Positions 10,445 to 21,539 of a DNA stretch of 64,000 nt are shown one piece after another; the stretch's first letter is position 1; every line of letters starts with the position of its first letter. Source of the DNA: Sulfolobales archaeon (GTDB lineage: Archaea; Thermoproteota; Thermoprotei_A; Sulfolobales; AG1); contig JAWBYA010000005.1 of the NCBI GenBank assembly GCA_038867615.1, positions 32,001 to 96,000 on the forward strand, written 5' to 3'. Both the position numbers and the translations under genes were made by a program. Under the pieces are notes generated by a model. The model was not told where the DNA came from and ran no database searches. It saw only the letters and a list, made by a program, of their open reading frames with translations.

Positions 10445-10640
10445 GAGAAGGAGGTTCGGGCTCCATAGCGGTTGATTCTTATACAAACCATTCTTTCCTC
10501 GACTTCCTCGACCTCCACACATTCAGAGAAACCCCCAACCCATAGCCCCTCATAGCAGCTCCGGCCCATCCACTCAGATCTCTATCCCCACCCCCATTGT
10601 TGGGCGGCATCCCCATAGAATATATAGAGATTATACTATG
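10445..10640 (-). repeat. Dispersed non-coding element, family B copy 1
   Basis: Exact 23-bp match TATGGGGATGCCGCCCAACAATG (10595-10617 minus) to 57419-57441, with patchy collinear similarity over about 190 bp. Confidence 0.6.
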
Positions 10641-10851
10641 TTCCATTGTTGTAGAAGCACGAGTTTAATATCAATCCTTATAAACCACCGTGAAACAAGA
10701 AACAGCTGGCTACGGCTTCTCGATGGGATCTCTATGCAGGGGGCTTGATTGCAACTTATGAACGCATGGAGACGGGATATCTATAGGTGGAGCATAAATC
10801 CCTGTATATAAAAGAAAGAATATCAAAAATATCTAGGGATAAAAGGTTAAG

Positions 10852-11499
10852 ATGAGAATCGCCGTGATCTTCATATTGATCCTCGCGATCCTCTATATAG
10901 CTGCTATAGTGCTCTATATATATAACACTAGCACCGCGATAAGCGGTAGAGCCGGCACAGGGGAAACCCCTAACCTGGGAAACCTGCCTAGGAACCTTGC
11001 CGGTGAGGATCTATATCTAACCTATAGGGTGGAGGGCTATGTTGATATCAACGGGAGTTTGATCTATATAAATAACGCTATGGTGAATATACTGGCTAGA
11101 TATACGCAAGCCCCAGAGACCAATACTACTAGCAATGCAACAACTGCAAGTATAACACAGCCGGCTTATTATAGGGTCTCTGCAATAGGTGATCAGGCGA
11201 TCACATGGGCGCTAGAGCGGCTTATAACAACAAGCTATAATATATCACAAAAAACCTTGCTGGCAGAGGGCTGGGATGCCAACAGTATAAGCGATATATT
11301 TGGAAACCTCTCGCTATTCACAAGAACAGGCGAGGGACAACTGCCAGGAGCGTCTGGAATAACCTATACGGAGTACTCGTTAAACACCGATAGCGGGGTA
11401 ATAATCATAAGGATCATGAAGAACCAGGGGATCCCGCTGGAGTGTGTGGTAAACACCACATGGGGTAATCTTAGGTTTAAACTCATAAGCGCCTCATAA
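10852..11499 (+). CDS. Hypothetical membrane-anchored or secreted protein
   Basis: N-terminal hydrophobic helix, Thr/Asn/Ser-rich linker with N-x-T/S sequons. Confidence 0.75.
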   Translation: MRIAVIFILILAILYIAAIVLYIYNTSTAISGRAGTGETPNLGNLPRNLAGEDLYLTYRVEGYVDINGSLIYINNAMVNILARYTQAPETNTTSNATTASITQPAYYRVSAIGDQAITWALERLITTSYNISQKTLLAEGWDANSISDIFGNLSLFTRTGEGQLPGASGITYTEYSLNTDSGVIIIRIMKNQGIPLECVVNTTWGNLRFKLISAS

Positions 11500-11681
11500 C
11501 CACGGATCTACAATCTATCTTTCCATCCTACCATCCTATTATGTATTTAGCACCTATATTACTAGCAATCCCTACTACACAGCAAGCCCCATAACACACT
11601 TATAAAGATGCCTACAGTTCGGTAACCATACGTGGTTTTACTAATATATTATCTTGAGCGTTAAGAATAGTGGTGCATAGA

Positions 11682-12413
11682 ATGGCGTTCGGACCAGCAG
11701 GAATGGGATATGATAGGGCTATAACTATATTCTCGCCAGATGGGAAGCTATACCAGGTTGAATACGCTTCGGTAGCTGTGAGGCAGGGGTGGACTGTTAT
11801 TGGGCTTAGGGGTAAGGATTCAGGTGTTCTGATCTCTGAGAAGAGGCAGCAGTTCAGCCTAATGGATCTAAAGTCCCTAGAGAAGATCTTCATAATAGAC
11901 ACCCATGTAGGGGCATCTTTCGCAGGGCTTGGTGCTGATGGGAGGGTTCTAGTCGACTATGCGAGAAGGATTGCAGCTAATCATCGCTTCCTCTACGACG
12001 AACCAATAGATCTGGAGACGCTTGTCAGGAGCGTAGGAGATCTGAAACAGATCTTCACGCAACAAGGCGGGGTAAGGCCTTTCGGGGTCTCGCTAATATT
12101 CGTTGGCCATGATAGAAAGGGGATCCATGTCTACAGGACAGAGCCCAACGGGCTTTACTTCCAATACCTAGCAGTCGCCGTAGGCTCGGGCGAGCAGGTT
12201 GTGCATGAGTTCCTGGAGAAGAACTATAAGAGGGATCTAGGCTTAGAGGATCTAGTGCTACTTGGGTTGAGAGCGATGAGCACGGCATCCGAACAGCCTC
12301 TAACGGTTGAGAGGCTTGAGATAGGCTATATAACAGAGAGCGAGAAGATCTTTAGGAAAATGAGTGACGACGAGATAAGGGGGTATCTCTCGAAGCTCGG
12401 TGTCACCTCTTGA
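11682..12413 (+). CDS. psmA: Proteasome subunit alpha
   Basis: [21 protein letters not shown] signature, [13 protein letters not shown]; ATG at 11682 preferred over GTG at 11670. Confidence 0.95.
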   Translation: MAFGPAGMGYDRAITIFSPDGKLYQVEYASVAVRQGWTVIGLRGKDSGVLISEKRQQFSLMDLKSLEKIFIIDTHVGASFAGLGADGRVLVDYARRIAANHRFLYDEPIDLETLVRSVGDLKQIFTQQGGVRPFGVSLIFVGHDRKGIHVYRTEPNGLYFQYLAVAVGSGEQVVHEFLEKNYKRDLGLEDLVLLGLRAMSTASEQPLTVERLEIGYITESEKIFRKMSDDEIRGYLSKLGVTS

Positions 12414-13105
12414 GTAGGGAGTATATTATAGTGAGATTCGAGAAGGATGGAAAGAGATTCGAGATCCTAGCCGACCCTGACAAGGTTCTCGAATATAGGG
12501 AGGGTAAGAAGATACCGCTCTCAGAAGTTGTTTATGGTGATTTCATATATAAGGATGCTAGGAAGGGCCTCAAAGCCTCGCCATCAGATATAGAGAAGGT
12601 CTTCGGAACACAGGATGCCTCGAAAGTAATGCACGAGATCCTTGTTAAGGGCGAGATACAACTCACAACAGAGCAGAGGAGAAGGATGATAGAGGCTAAG
12701 AGGAAAATGATCATAACATATATTGCTAGGAACTCCATAGATCCTGTGACCAAAAAGCCCGTACCCCCTGCAAGGATAGAGGCTGCTATGGAGCAAGCCA
12801 GGGTTTCGATAGATATTAACAAGGGGGTTGAGGAGCAGGCTATAGAGATCGTCAAGGCTATCTCAAAGATCATACCGATAAAGATGGCAATAGCACTCCT
12901 AAGGATCAAGATCCCTGGGGATTATGCCAGCAAGGTTCACCAAACGATCACAAGACTCGGCGAGGTTCGAAGAAGCCAGTGGCTAAGCGACGGGGGTCTC
13001 GAGGTTGAGATAGCAATTCCGGCTGGACTGCAGGGCGATGTTATAGATAGGGTTTCCAAACTAACCCACGGATCAGCACAGATCAGTGTTGTTGAGGTGA
13101 GATAA
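12410..13105 (+). CDS. Ribosome maturation factor SBDS/Sdo1
   Basis: [35 protein letters not shown]; sits between psmA and the exosome genes. Confidence 0.93.
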   Translation: MSREYIIVRFEKDGKRFEILADPDKVLEYREGKKIPLSEVVYGDFIYKDARKGLKASPSDIEKVFGTQDASKVMHEILVKGEIQLTTEQRRRMIEAKRKMIITYIARNSIDPVTKKPVPPARIEAAMEQARVSIDINKGVEEQAIEIVKAISKIIPIKMAIALLRIKIPGDYASKVHQTITRLGEVRRSQWLSDGGLEVEIAIPAGLQGDVIDRVSKLTHGSAQISVVEVR

Positions 13106-13855
13106 CTGTCCCAAGACACAGCTAAACAGGGATCGATACATGTTAAGCACAGAGACATAGTCCTCCCAGGAGACCTCATAGCCTCCGGAAACGTCTCTGT
13201 CGAGAAATACCCCTATGTCTATTGTATCGAGGGGAAGTGCTACTCAACAGTCATAGGAGTCGCAGAAGAGAGGGGGGAGAGACAGCTCAGAATCGTCCCT
13301 CTAGAGGGTTTCTACAACCCGAGGGAGGATGATATAGTAATAGGTGTTGTGGAGGAAGTAGGGATCACTAGCGCTATTCTCGACATAAGGGCTCCCTACA
13401 AGGGGATCCTGCCAGCCTCGGAGATAGCTGGAAAGCAGTATAACCCAGCTCAGGAGCCGCTCATAAACCTGGTCTCGCCGGGAGATATATATCTAGCTAA
13501 GATTGAGAGGTTCGACCTCACAAGAGACCCCTTGCTAACGCTAAAGGGAAAGGATCTTGGAAGGATTGTTGATGGGATATTAATAGAGATCGTGCCTACA
13601 AGGATACCAAGGATAGTTGGTAAGAAGAAGAGCATGCTAGATATGCTTATTAAGGAAACCCAGTGCCAGGTTGTACCAGCAGCCAACGGGAGGATCCTTA
13701 TAAGAGGATGCCCCTCAAGCGATCACGAGGCTATCGCTATCAACGCTATAAAGATTATAGAGAACACGCCATATATACAGGGGCTTACTGAAAAGATAAG
13801 AGAGTATCTAGTAATTGAGAAGGTGAGGAGAGGTCTTGTCAGAGGAGAAGGTTGA
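13106..13855 (+). CDS. rrp4: Exosome RNA-binding subunit Rrp4 (probable CTG start)
   Basis: Frame is open from 13106 and encodes the Rrp4 N-domain (IVLPGDLIA...[18 protein letters not shown]) upstream of the track start at 13349; S1 and KH domains follow; GAGGTGA at 13094-13100. Confidence 0.9.
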   Translation: MSQDTAKQGSIHVKHRDIVLPGDLIASGNVSVEKYPYVYCIEGKCYSTVIGVAEERGERQLRIVPLEGFYNPREDDIVIGVVEEVGITSAILDIRAPYKGILPASEIAGKQYNPAQEPLINLVSPGDIYLAKIERFDLTRDPLLTLKGKDLGRIVDGILIEIVPTRIPRIVGKKKSMLDMLIKETQCQVVPAANGRILIRGCPSSDHEAIAINAIKIIENTPYIQGLTEKIREYLVIEKVRRGLVRGEG

Positions 13856-14573
13856 GGTTAAAAGGAAACTCATAGAAGATGGAAAGAGAAGAGATGGTAG
13901 AGGACCTGAGGATATAAGGCCACTCCACTTCGAGGTAAGGGTTCTTAAAAACGCCAACGGATCCGCTCTTGTGCAGTACGGAAACACAAAGGTTCTCGCA
14001 GCAGTCTATGGACCCAGGGATCCTGGGGCTAGGAGTATGGCTCTTCCCCACAGAGCCGTGCTTAGGTGCAGATACCACATGGCTCCTTTCTCAACGCATG
14101 AGAGAAAGAGCCCTGCACCGAGTAGGAGGGAGATAGAGCTTTCAAAGGTTGTTAGAGAGGCTCTAGAACCAGCTGTGATTACGGAGAGTTTTCCCAGAAC
14201 AGCTATAGATATATTCATAGAGGTTCTCAACGCCGATGGAGGGACAAGGACTGCTGGTATAACAGCCGCCTCTCTAGCTCTAGCCGATGCTGGGATCCCT
14301 ATGAGGGATCTTGTCGCAGCAATAGCCGTTGGAAAGGTTGACGGGGTTCTCGTGCTCGACATAAATGAGGAGGAGGATATGTATGGCGAGGCTGACATGC
14401 CCATGGCCTTCATGCCAAGCCTCGGACTTATAACCCTGATCCAGCTAAACGGTACTCTAAGCGAGGAGGAGTTCTGGTCAGCAATAGAGCTAGGGCTTAA
14501 GGGTGCTGAGAAGGTGTATGAGGCTCAGAAAGAGGCTCTGAGAAAGAGATACGCGTCTGTAGAGCAGGTGTAG
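13836..14573 (+). CDS. rrp41: Exosome exonuclease Rrp41
   Basis: [45 protein letters not shown]. Confidence 0.95.
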   Translation: MSEEKVEVKRKLIEDGKRRDGRGPEDIRPLHFEVRVLKNANGSALVQYGNTKVLAAVYGPRDPGARSMALPHRAVLRCRYHMAPFSTHERKSPAPSRREIELSKVVREALEPAVITESFPRTAIDIFIEVLNADGGTRTAGITAASLALADAGIPMRDLVAAIAVGKVDGVLVLDINEEEDMYGEADMPMAFMPSLGLITLIQLNGTLSEEEFWSAIELGLKGAEKVYEAQKEALRKRYASVEQV

Positions 14574-14576
14574 CCT

Positions 14577-15410
14577 ATGTCCATAACCCCTGTCGATATA
14601 CCCGTCATACCAGCCCTCAAGAGGACAGCGATACTAAACCTGCTATCAAGATCCCAGAGGATAGATGGAAGATCTCCTTCCGATACGAGAAATATAGAGA
14701 TAAGCCTGGGCGTGATACCAAACGCTAACGGTTCTGCCCATGTAAAGCTTGGATTAACACAGGTTATAGCCGGGATCAAGGCTGAGATAGGTTCTCCCTT
14801 CCAAGACACTCCTAATATGGGTAACCTGATAGTTAATGCCGAGTTCGTACCACTAGCCTCGCCAACATTCGAACCAGGTCCTCCTGATGAGAGGGCGATC
14901 GAGCTCGCAAGGATCATTGATAGGTCTTTGAGGGATGTGAGGGCAATAGACCTTGAGAAACTCGTTATAATACCCGGCAGGAAGGTTTGGAATATATTCA
15001 TAGATATCTATGTAATAGATCACGACGGAAACCTCGTCGACGCCTCCTCTATAGCAACCCTAGCAGCGCTACTATCGGCAAAGATACCAAGAGCCTCTGT
15101 TAACCAGGATAAGGGTGAGGTGATCCTCGACCCGACGAATCGCGACGAGATCCCTGTGAGAAAGAGGGTTCTCACAGTGACAGTGGCGAAGATCGAGGAT
15201 CACCTAGTAGTAGATCCTTCGCTTGAAGAGGAGACAGTGGCTGACGCCCTGCTAACCATGGCCTTCTCGGAGGATGGGCTGATAACAGGGATCCAGAAGA
15301 GCGGTATGGGTACCTTTAAGCGGGAGCATTTGAAAAAAGCTATGGAGCTTGCTAAAAATGCCTATAAGAGCTATATTTCCCAGATCTCCCAGTTTTTAGC
15401 CAGATCTTAG
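14577..15410 (+). CDS. rrp42: Exosome subunit Rrp42
   Basis: RIDGR, PLASPTFEPGPPDE, IELARIIDRSLR, DHDGNLVDA. Confidence 0.95.
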   Translation: MSITPVDIPVIPALKRTAILNLLSRSQRIDGRSPSDTRNIEISLGVIPNANGSAHVKLGLTQVIAGIKAEIGSPFQDTPNMGNLIVNAEFVPLASPTFEPGPPDERAIELARIIDRSLRDVRAIDLEKLVIIPGRKVWNIFIDIYVIDHDGNLVDASSIATLAALLSAKIPRASVNQDKGEVILDPTNRDEIPVRKRVLTVTVAKIEDHLVVDPSLEEETVADALLTMAFSEDGLITGIQKSGMGTFKREHLKKAMELAKNAYKSYISQISQFLARS

Positions 15411-15413
15411 TAG

Positions 15414-16862
15414 CTATCTTTGATCTTTATAGCTATATGTTTGAAGACCTGCTACACCGAGTCTTGCTAGCTCTTCGAGAACGATCTCTCTGATCTCTTC
15501 GTCTCTTAGAGGCTCCCGGGCTCCATTGCTATAGCGCTTAACTATCCTTTCATATATCCTCTTCACCAACTCGCTATTCTTCTCAACCCCTATCCCTAGC
15601 TTTCTGTTTATCCAGTAGGCTATTCCTGAGGTTCCTGAATAAGGCCCTATAAGGATCCTCGGCTCTCTCCCAATCATCCCTGGATCGAATGATAGATATG
15701 TAGCCGGGTTTTTCACCTGGGCATCTATATGTATCCCAGCCATGGTTGAGAATGCATTCTCACCCACTATAGGCTGGTATCTCGACACCTCATGGCCGAG
15801 TTCTTTAAAAACCTCTGCTGCCCTCCCTATAGCTAGTGGGTTCATGCCTCCGAAGTCTCCTTTAAGCCTGGCATAGATCATTACGAGGGCCTCTATGGGT
15901 ACATTACCAGCCCTCTCACCTATGCCGAGAAGGGTTGCGTTGTTTATAGATGCACCATAGATCCATGCAGCGACAGCGTTCGCAACCCCCATGTAGTAGT
16001 CACCATGCCCGTGGAACTCTATCTGCTCGGGCCCTAACCCAGCTATTTTTCTCAGAACCCAGACTAGCTTTGGAATCGAGTATGGCAGTGCTGCGTGTGG
16101 GTATGGAACCCCGACTCCTGTGGTGTCTGGGAGCTTTATGGTTATGTTAACACCGTATTTCTCGCCCAGCCTGACCAATCTCCTCACCAGGGGTATTACG
16201 AGGCCTGGGACATCTGATCTTGTCACGTCCTCCAGACTGCATCTAAGGTTTATACCACTCCTCATAGCATGTTCAACCACATCGAGATATTTCGCTATGG
16301 CCTGATCCCTTGTCAAACCCAGCTTATACCTTATATGTATATCCGAGATCGACATCAACAAAACCATCTCATCGAGCCCAGCCTCTCTAACCCTAGCTAC
16401 ATCATCCCTAGAGGCCCTCCCCCACCCAATTATCTTGGGATATCTATGCCCAAGGCCCCTGAGGATCTCTACGATAAGCCTGTCCCTCTCGGTATATAGG
16501 AAGAACTCGCTCCTAGAGATCCTCCCGCTACCGTTATCAAGACCCACGAGAAGCTCGAAGATCTTTCTAGCCTCTTCAGGATAGAGAGCTCTGAATGACT
16601 GCTGCCCATCCCTAAATGTCGTGTCAGTTATATATAGCTCCTCCGGCGTTAATGGATCTACGGAGATCCCGTCGAGCACTACCCCAGGAGGGTTGGGCCA
16701 CGAGGCTTCTTGGGGATCTATCTCCCTTATCTCATCTATACCCTCGCTCCTCAATAGGTTGAGGAATATCTCTCTAGCCCTCCTATCGAGGGTCGCTTCA
16801 ATAAGGATGCACCAAAACCTCTCACTATCACGGCTTATAAGCATTAGCGTAATACGATCCAT
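15414..16862 (-). CDS. DRE-TIM acyltransferase (LeuA/homocitrate synthase superfamily), probably Re-citrate synthase-like
   Basis: ITDTTFRDGQQS, SEFFLY, LEDVTRSD, EFHGHGD, GIGERAGN; no LeuA regulatory C-domain. Confidence 0.75.
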   Translation of the reverse strand: MDRITLMLISRDSERFWCILIEATLDRRAREIFLNLLRSEGIDEIREIDPQEASWPNPPGVVLDGISVDPLTPEELYITDTTFRDGQQSFRALYPEEARKIFELLVGLDNGSGRISRSEFFLYTERDRLIVEILRGLGHRYPKIIGWGRASRDDVARVREAGLDEMVLLMSISDIHIRYKLGLTRDQAIAKYLDVVEHAMRSGINLRCSLEDVTRSDVPGLVIPLVRRLVRLGEKYGVNITIKLPDTTGVGVPYPHAALPYSIPKLVWVLRKIAGLGPEQIEFHGHGDYYMGVANAVAAWIYGASINNATLLGIGERAGNVPIEALVMIYARLKGDFGGMNPLAIGRAAEVFKELGHEVSRYQPIVGENAFSTMAGIHIDAQVKNPATYLSFDPGMIGREPRILIGPYSGTSGIAYWINRKLGIGVEKNSELVKRIYERIVKRYSNGAREPLRDEEIREIVLEELARLGVAGLQTYSYKDQR

Positions 16863-17023
16863 ACGTGTTACGGAATGTTATTAGGCTAGTATGCTTCTAA
16901 CCATTGTTTTTCGTAATACCAAGCCCTGGTGAAGCTCCACGCTTTACAAGCCAGCTATATATTAGTATCTAGTGGATCTTATTACGTAGAGGGAGTGGTA
17001 GCCGAAAGTATTGAGGTGATCTT

Positions 17024-17563
17024 TTGAGACTATTCTCACACATAGTGGCCGGGATAGGGGCGGGATCTATAGCCTCTATGCTATATGGAAACCACTATGG
17101 AGCCTTCCTCTATATAGTAATTCTATCGTTTGTGATAAACATCATAATAGATCTTGGTCACACAAGGATCAGGGGTATTGTTATACGAAGCCCCTACACT
17201 CATGAGGCTCTGAACAGCATAGTGATATCGATCCTGGTAGGATCTATAGTGTGGATAGCGATCGGCAACCTATACGGAGTATCGCTACATGCATCCCTCT
17301 CGGCATCACTCCTAATATCAGGATCACACCTACTAGGGGATCTAATAACCAGGGGCGGGATCTATGTGAGGATCGGTGCAAATATGCTAAGAATCTCCCT
17401 CGCCGACTATAGCTATAAAGATCCCCTTGCTAACGCGATCTACGTGGCGATCCTATCACTACCATTAATAATAAGCCTTGCCGGGATCGCAAGCAGCCCG
17501 AGCGAGATACCCTGGTATAGTCTAGTTGATAAGCTAGTCGGCATCTATGGAACCGCTGGCTAG
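17024..17563 (+). CDS. Membrane-bound metal-dependent hydrolase (DUF1286/YdjM-like)
   Basis: SH...DLGH...RSPYTHE...SHLLGDLIT motif pattern within TM helices. Confidence 0.7.
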   Translation: MRLFSHIVAGIGAGSIASMLYGNHYGAFLYIVILSFVINIIIDLGHTRIRGIVIRSPYTHEALNSIVISILVGSIVWIAIGNLYGVSLHASLSASLLISGSHLLGDLITRGGIYVRIGANMLRISLADYSYKDPLANAIYVAILSLPLIISLAGIASSPSEIPWYSLVDKLVGIYGTAG

Positions 17564-17717
17564 TGGTTTTACTAATAGATAAAAGCCAGCTGTTAGTCGA
17601 TAACCGCTCCCTATATATGATTCTTCCAAGGGCTTGGGAGAATATTTAGTGGATCAAAATAAACGTGACGGGCTAATAGTTTTAAACCCTGAGCCGCTAT
17701 ACTATGTAGTGCTCCTC

Positions 17718-18668
17718 ATGCCCGCCAATAATCCACAGACCAGCGGTTCGGGGTCTAGTGGTGCTAGGCTTCCTGTAATAAGGTTTGAGGAGGAGATGCA
17801 TAACCTTGTCTCGGTTGCTAGTGAGCTCATAGAGCAGGAGAAAGAGTTTGCTGTGGTGATGGTGCTTAGATCCCAGGGATCCTCGGCTGTAAAGACAGGG
17901 GCTAAGGCTATAGTGCTTCCGGAGGGTAGGATTATAGGCTGGCTGGGCGGGTGGTGCAGTGAGAACGCAGTGCTTACAGCAGCTTTAGAGGCTCTTGAGA
18001 AGGGGACTCCCAAGATAGTGAGGCTTGTTATGAAGGGTGATGAGCTGAGAAGGATTGGGGAGGATGTTATAGAGGTTGGAACCCCGTGTGGGGGTGAGGT
18101 TGATATCTATATAGAGCCTGTATATCCAAGACTACAGCTCCTCCTTGTGGGTGATAATGAGGTGACAAGGATGCTTGCGAAGATCGGAAAGATCCTGGGC
18201 TATAAGATCGCGGTATATGATATGATGGCAACCAAGGAGAAATACCCAGAGGCTGATATCATAATAAACTCCCCCTCATCCCTCGAAAAAATAAGGATAG
18301 ATAGGAACACAATAGCAGTCCTAGCCACCATGGGGAAGACATGGGTTGATGAGGAGACCCTCGAGAGGCTCCTAAAAACAGACATCGGGTTAATAGAGCT
18401 CATATCAAGCACCAAAAGAGCCCAGGAGATCCTCAAACTACTCATTAAGAAGGGATACAGACCAGAGGATCTCAGAAGAATAGTAACACCAGCAGGGATA
18501 GATATAGGAGCCATATCGCCTGGAGAGATAGCTATCAGCGTGCTAGCAGAGATCATCATGTCCCGAAGAGGAGGCAGTGGAAAAAGCATGAGGGAAGTGA
18601 AAGGAGACCCCCTCGCGAACATCCTCAGCGCCATAGAGAGCCCAGCCCTCTCCCAACCCGAGAAATAA
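17718..18668 (+). CDS. XdhC/CoxI family molybdo-hydroxylase maturation protein
   Basis: GSSAVKTGAK, GWLGGWCSE, PCGGEVDIYIEP, PAGIDIGAISPGEIAISVLAEI; ATG at 17718 preferred over 17634. Confidence 0.88.
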   Translation: MPANNPQTSGSGSSGARLPVIRFEEEMHNLVSVASELIEQEKEFAVVMVLRSQGSSAVKTGAKAIVLPEGRIIGWLGGWCSENAVLTAALEALEKGTPKIVRLVMKGDELRRIGEDVIEVGTPCGGEVDIYIEPVYPRLQLLLVGDNEVTRMLAKIGKILGYKIAVYDMMATKEKYPEADIIINSPSSLEKIRIDRNTIAVLATMGKTWVDEETLERLLKTDIGLIELISSTKRAQEILKLLIKKGYRPEDLRRIVTPAGIDIGAISPGEIAISVLAEIIMSRRGGSGKSMREVKGDPLANILSAIESPALSQPEK

Positions 18669-18758
18669 TACTCCTCCCTATTATCGAGGATACAGTTTCA
18701 AAACGATTCAAAAACCGGGCAAGCCGACCTGCTAATCGAGAGAGGTCTTACAAATCTA

Positions 18759-20042
18759 TCAAATGCTATATAGCTCGGAACCCTGGATCACATGATCCGA
18801 GGCTCTTCTCGTCTTATACCAGTCAACCCTTCTCATAAAGATCGCTAGCACGGCTGCTACTGACATTAGGATCCAGTATAGGGGTATTGCGAGGGCGTGG
18901 ACAGCAAGATCGATCCCTCTCCTAGGGCCTTTATTGTTTGCAACGGCTAGCATTATAACAAGCAATGGTAGCAAGCCCTCTATGAATAATACTACAAGCA
19001 TGGATCCATAGGGGGCTAGTGTGATGGTGATACCATTATTAGCACTAGACCCGCTGTCATGGGTAGAGCCTCTGGCTATATAGGACATGGTCATCAGGAT
19101 CGTTATTACCGATAGGACCAGCGATGTCACAGCAACTATGGGTCCTAGATAGCCTATCGATGCTTTAAGCCTTCTCCTACCCCCATAGATCAGGATCCTG
19201 GCTAAACACTCAAGATGACCCCTATACCATCGTATCCTCTGCCTAATATGACTCGTAATATCTAGAGGTGCGGCCTCCTCTACATAGGAGTCTAGCAACC
19301 CGATCCTATATCCCTTCTCGAAAAGAATGAGGGAGAGGTAGGCATCCTCCGCGAGCTTCTCCGGAAAACCGCCAAGCCTCATCAAAACCTCCTTCTTTAT
19401 ATAGAGCCCCTCTCCGCTCAGGGGTACGTGGAAGCCAGCCTTTCTCAGAGCATTTATCACCAAGTCGAACCATATAACGGTATCTATATAGATCATCTTG
19501 CCCAGCACCCCCTCACCATATCTATAAACCCTAACACCCAGAGCATCGTAACCCCTACTGCTCATGAGCCTCACAGCCTCCTCAAGCTGGTTCTCATCAA
19601 AAGAATCATCGGCGTCATATACAGCTATTATGCTACCGGAAACCCTATCTATAACCTGGTTGAGAGCCCTAGCCTTAGAGCTCCTCCCACCCTTAACAAC
19701 ATAGATCCTAGCATCAACCCCCCTGCTTCTTAGAAACTCAAGGGCTTTTTCGGCACCCCTCAGGGTCTCTTGATCCTCTTCCTCTACTATGAGCCACACA
19801 TCATATAGATCCTTGGAGTATCTCTGCCTAGCAATGCTTGAAACAGTCCTCATAATAGATCCTGGTTTCTCCATGTATAGAGGGATAAGGATAGACACCC
19901 TATGCTGCACACTGTTTTTCTCACCACTAGTCCGGGATGGTTTCTCGTAAGAGCCACGCTCCCTGCTAGCGCTATATATAGCCACCCATATTAGGGCGCT
20001 GAAGCCTAGGTAAGTTGAGAGAAGCACCATTTCAAGTGACAT
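18759..20042 (-). CDS. Glycosyltransferase family 2, processive/membrane type
   Basis: KARALN, YDAD, AED, QRIRW motif, C-terminal TM helices. Confidence 0.88.
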   Translation of the reverse strand: MSLEMVLLSTYLGFSALIWVAIYSASRERGSYEKPSRTSGEKNSVQHRVSILIPLYMEKPGSIMRTVSSIARQRYSKDLYDVWLIVEEEDQETLRGAEKALEFLRSRGVDARIYVVKGGRSSKARALNQVIDRVSGSIIAVYDADDSFDENQLEEAVRLMSSRGYDALGVRVYRYGEGVLGKMIYIDTVIWFDLVINALRKAGFHVPLSGEGLYIKKEVLMRLGGFPEKLAEDAYLSLILFEKGYRIGLLDSYVEEAAPLDITSHIRQRIRWYRGHLECLARILIYGGRRRLKASIGYLGPIVAVTSLVLSVITILMTMSYIARGSTHDSGSSANNGITITLAPYGSMLVVLFIEGLLPLLVIMLAVANNKGPRRGIDLAVHALAIPLYWILMSVAAVLAIFMRRVDWYKTRRASDHVIQGSELYSI

Positions 20043-20141
20043 GTATCATTACCAATGATGATTCGTGAGAGGAGATATATTTCATAAACCCAGGGCTGGG
20101 TAGCGAATAGTATAGATGCTGTTTATAAACCAGAGTAAGAT

Positions 20142-20435
20142 CTATAGGAGCTTCTCTATAGCTTCTTTGAGGTTCTGGGCGTAGGTTTTAGCCTCAATAA
20201 GGATCTCTATGAGCACGTCAACAGGATCTCTCGTCCCGTCTGTTATGATAACAACCCTTGGTTGCGATGTTTGGGGATGATCCACTATATATGCGGCATA
20301 GCTCACATATGGTTTCCTAATAGCCAGCTTGGATATTAGGTTAGGTATTCCATGCTGATCCCCCGTTAGTGTGAATATAAGCTCTCTATCGCTTCTCTTC
20401 TCAATCTTGATCCTCGGGATCAGGTCTATAGACAT
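20142..20435 (-). CDS. rpoL: DNA-directed RNA polymerase subunit Rpo11 (RpoL)
   Basis: 97 aa; GDQHGIPNL (divergent GEDHTLGNL) and VSYAAYIVDHP motifs. Confidence 0.75.
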   Translation of the reverse strand: MSIDLIPRIKIEKRSDRELIFTLTGDQHGIPNLISKLAIRKPYVSYAAYIVDHPQTSQPRVVIITDGTRDPVDVLIEILIEAKTYAQNLKEAIEKLL

Positions 20436-20496
20436 TGCCCCTTCCTATAAAGCTAGCGTAACCAGCTATATATTTATAAAGCAGACCCCGGATCCT

Positions 20497-21114
20497 TTAT
20501 CTAATGATCTGGAGCACTATTGATATAGCTATGAGGGCCACCGCTATATAGAGTATCCTTAACGATGGATCACCAATATAGATACTAACCTCCCTCGGGA
20601 TCTTCTTTACAGCCTGCCTCTGAACAACCTTCTGAGGCTCTTGATAGGATAGCTCGAGCTCCGAGTCCCTGTCAAGGAAAACCTGTTTCTGAACAGCAAT
20701 ACTCCCCTCTATAGATAGCCTCACAATATACTCCCCCTCGGCTAGGTTGAAAGCGATCTCCTTGGGATTAACCCTCTCCTTCTCGGAGTAGTTGCTACCT
20801 ACCACCTCTACTACGGCATCTTTAGGGATATTCTTACCCTTCACCTTGACAGAAAGCCTATAGATCCTAGGCTCTCTGAGCCATCTCGGTTCAACTAGAT
20901 CGTGGCCCAGAACCCTCTTTCCATAGCTGTTTATCTCATCAACAAGATCCCTATAGATCTTATAGATCTTCATCTTGGTCTCGTAAGGAGCGCCAGATCT
21001 TAGAACTATAACGTTATAGCTACCCTTAAGCATTTCAAAGGACTCTACCACCACCTCCTCGCTACACATACCGTCAGAAGATCCGCAGGATCTCCACATA
21101 CTATCCCTCAGCAT
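20497..21114 (-). CDS. Hypothetical protein with C-terminal membrane anchor
   Basis: 205-aa ORF ending in a hydrophobic helix. Confidence 0.65.
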   Translation of the reverse strand: MLRDSMWRSCGSSDGMCSEEVVVESFEMLKGSYNVIVLRSGAPYETKMKIYKIYRDLVDEINSYGKRVLGHDLVEPRWLREPRIYRLSVKVKGKNIPKDAVVEVVGSNYSEKERVNPKEIAFNLAEGEYIVRLSIEGSIAVQKQVFLDRDSELELSYQEPQKVVQRQAVKKIPREVSIYIGDPSLRILYIAVALIAISIVLQIIR

Positions 21115-21539
21115 AGCCAGCGTGTTAGCAACATCCCTCTCATAGTTATCGCTAGGATCTAGAATGCTTATATATTTATTAATAATCCTGGATATTATGT
21201 AGTGAAGATCAACCTTCCTGCTTATACCGGCAACCCCAAAATAATATGGGATAGAAATTCTTTTATATTAATAGCACCGCAAGGCATAACCAATATAGAA
21301 AGATCCCGTGTTCTTTACCCCGATCCCCCAGCACAGAGATCCTTTCAATTTTTAGCTCTAAGTTGACCTGGGCTAGGTTTATGAACCGTACTTGCTCTCT
21401 CTTCTAATCTAACCAATGTATCTTGCCAGGATACTCGCGGGGGTGTGTAACTGATAGAAGATCTTTAAAGGCACGCTATATCACATTGCATGATAAAACA
21501 GAGAAGTTTATAAGCTTGCTAGCGTCATAAATCGATAGT

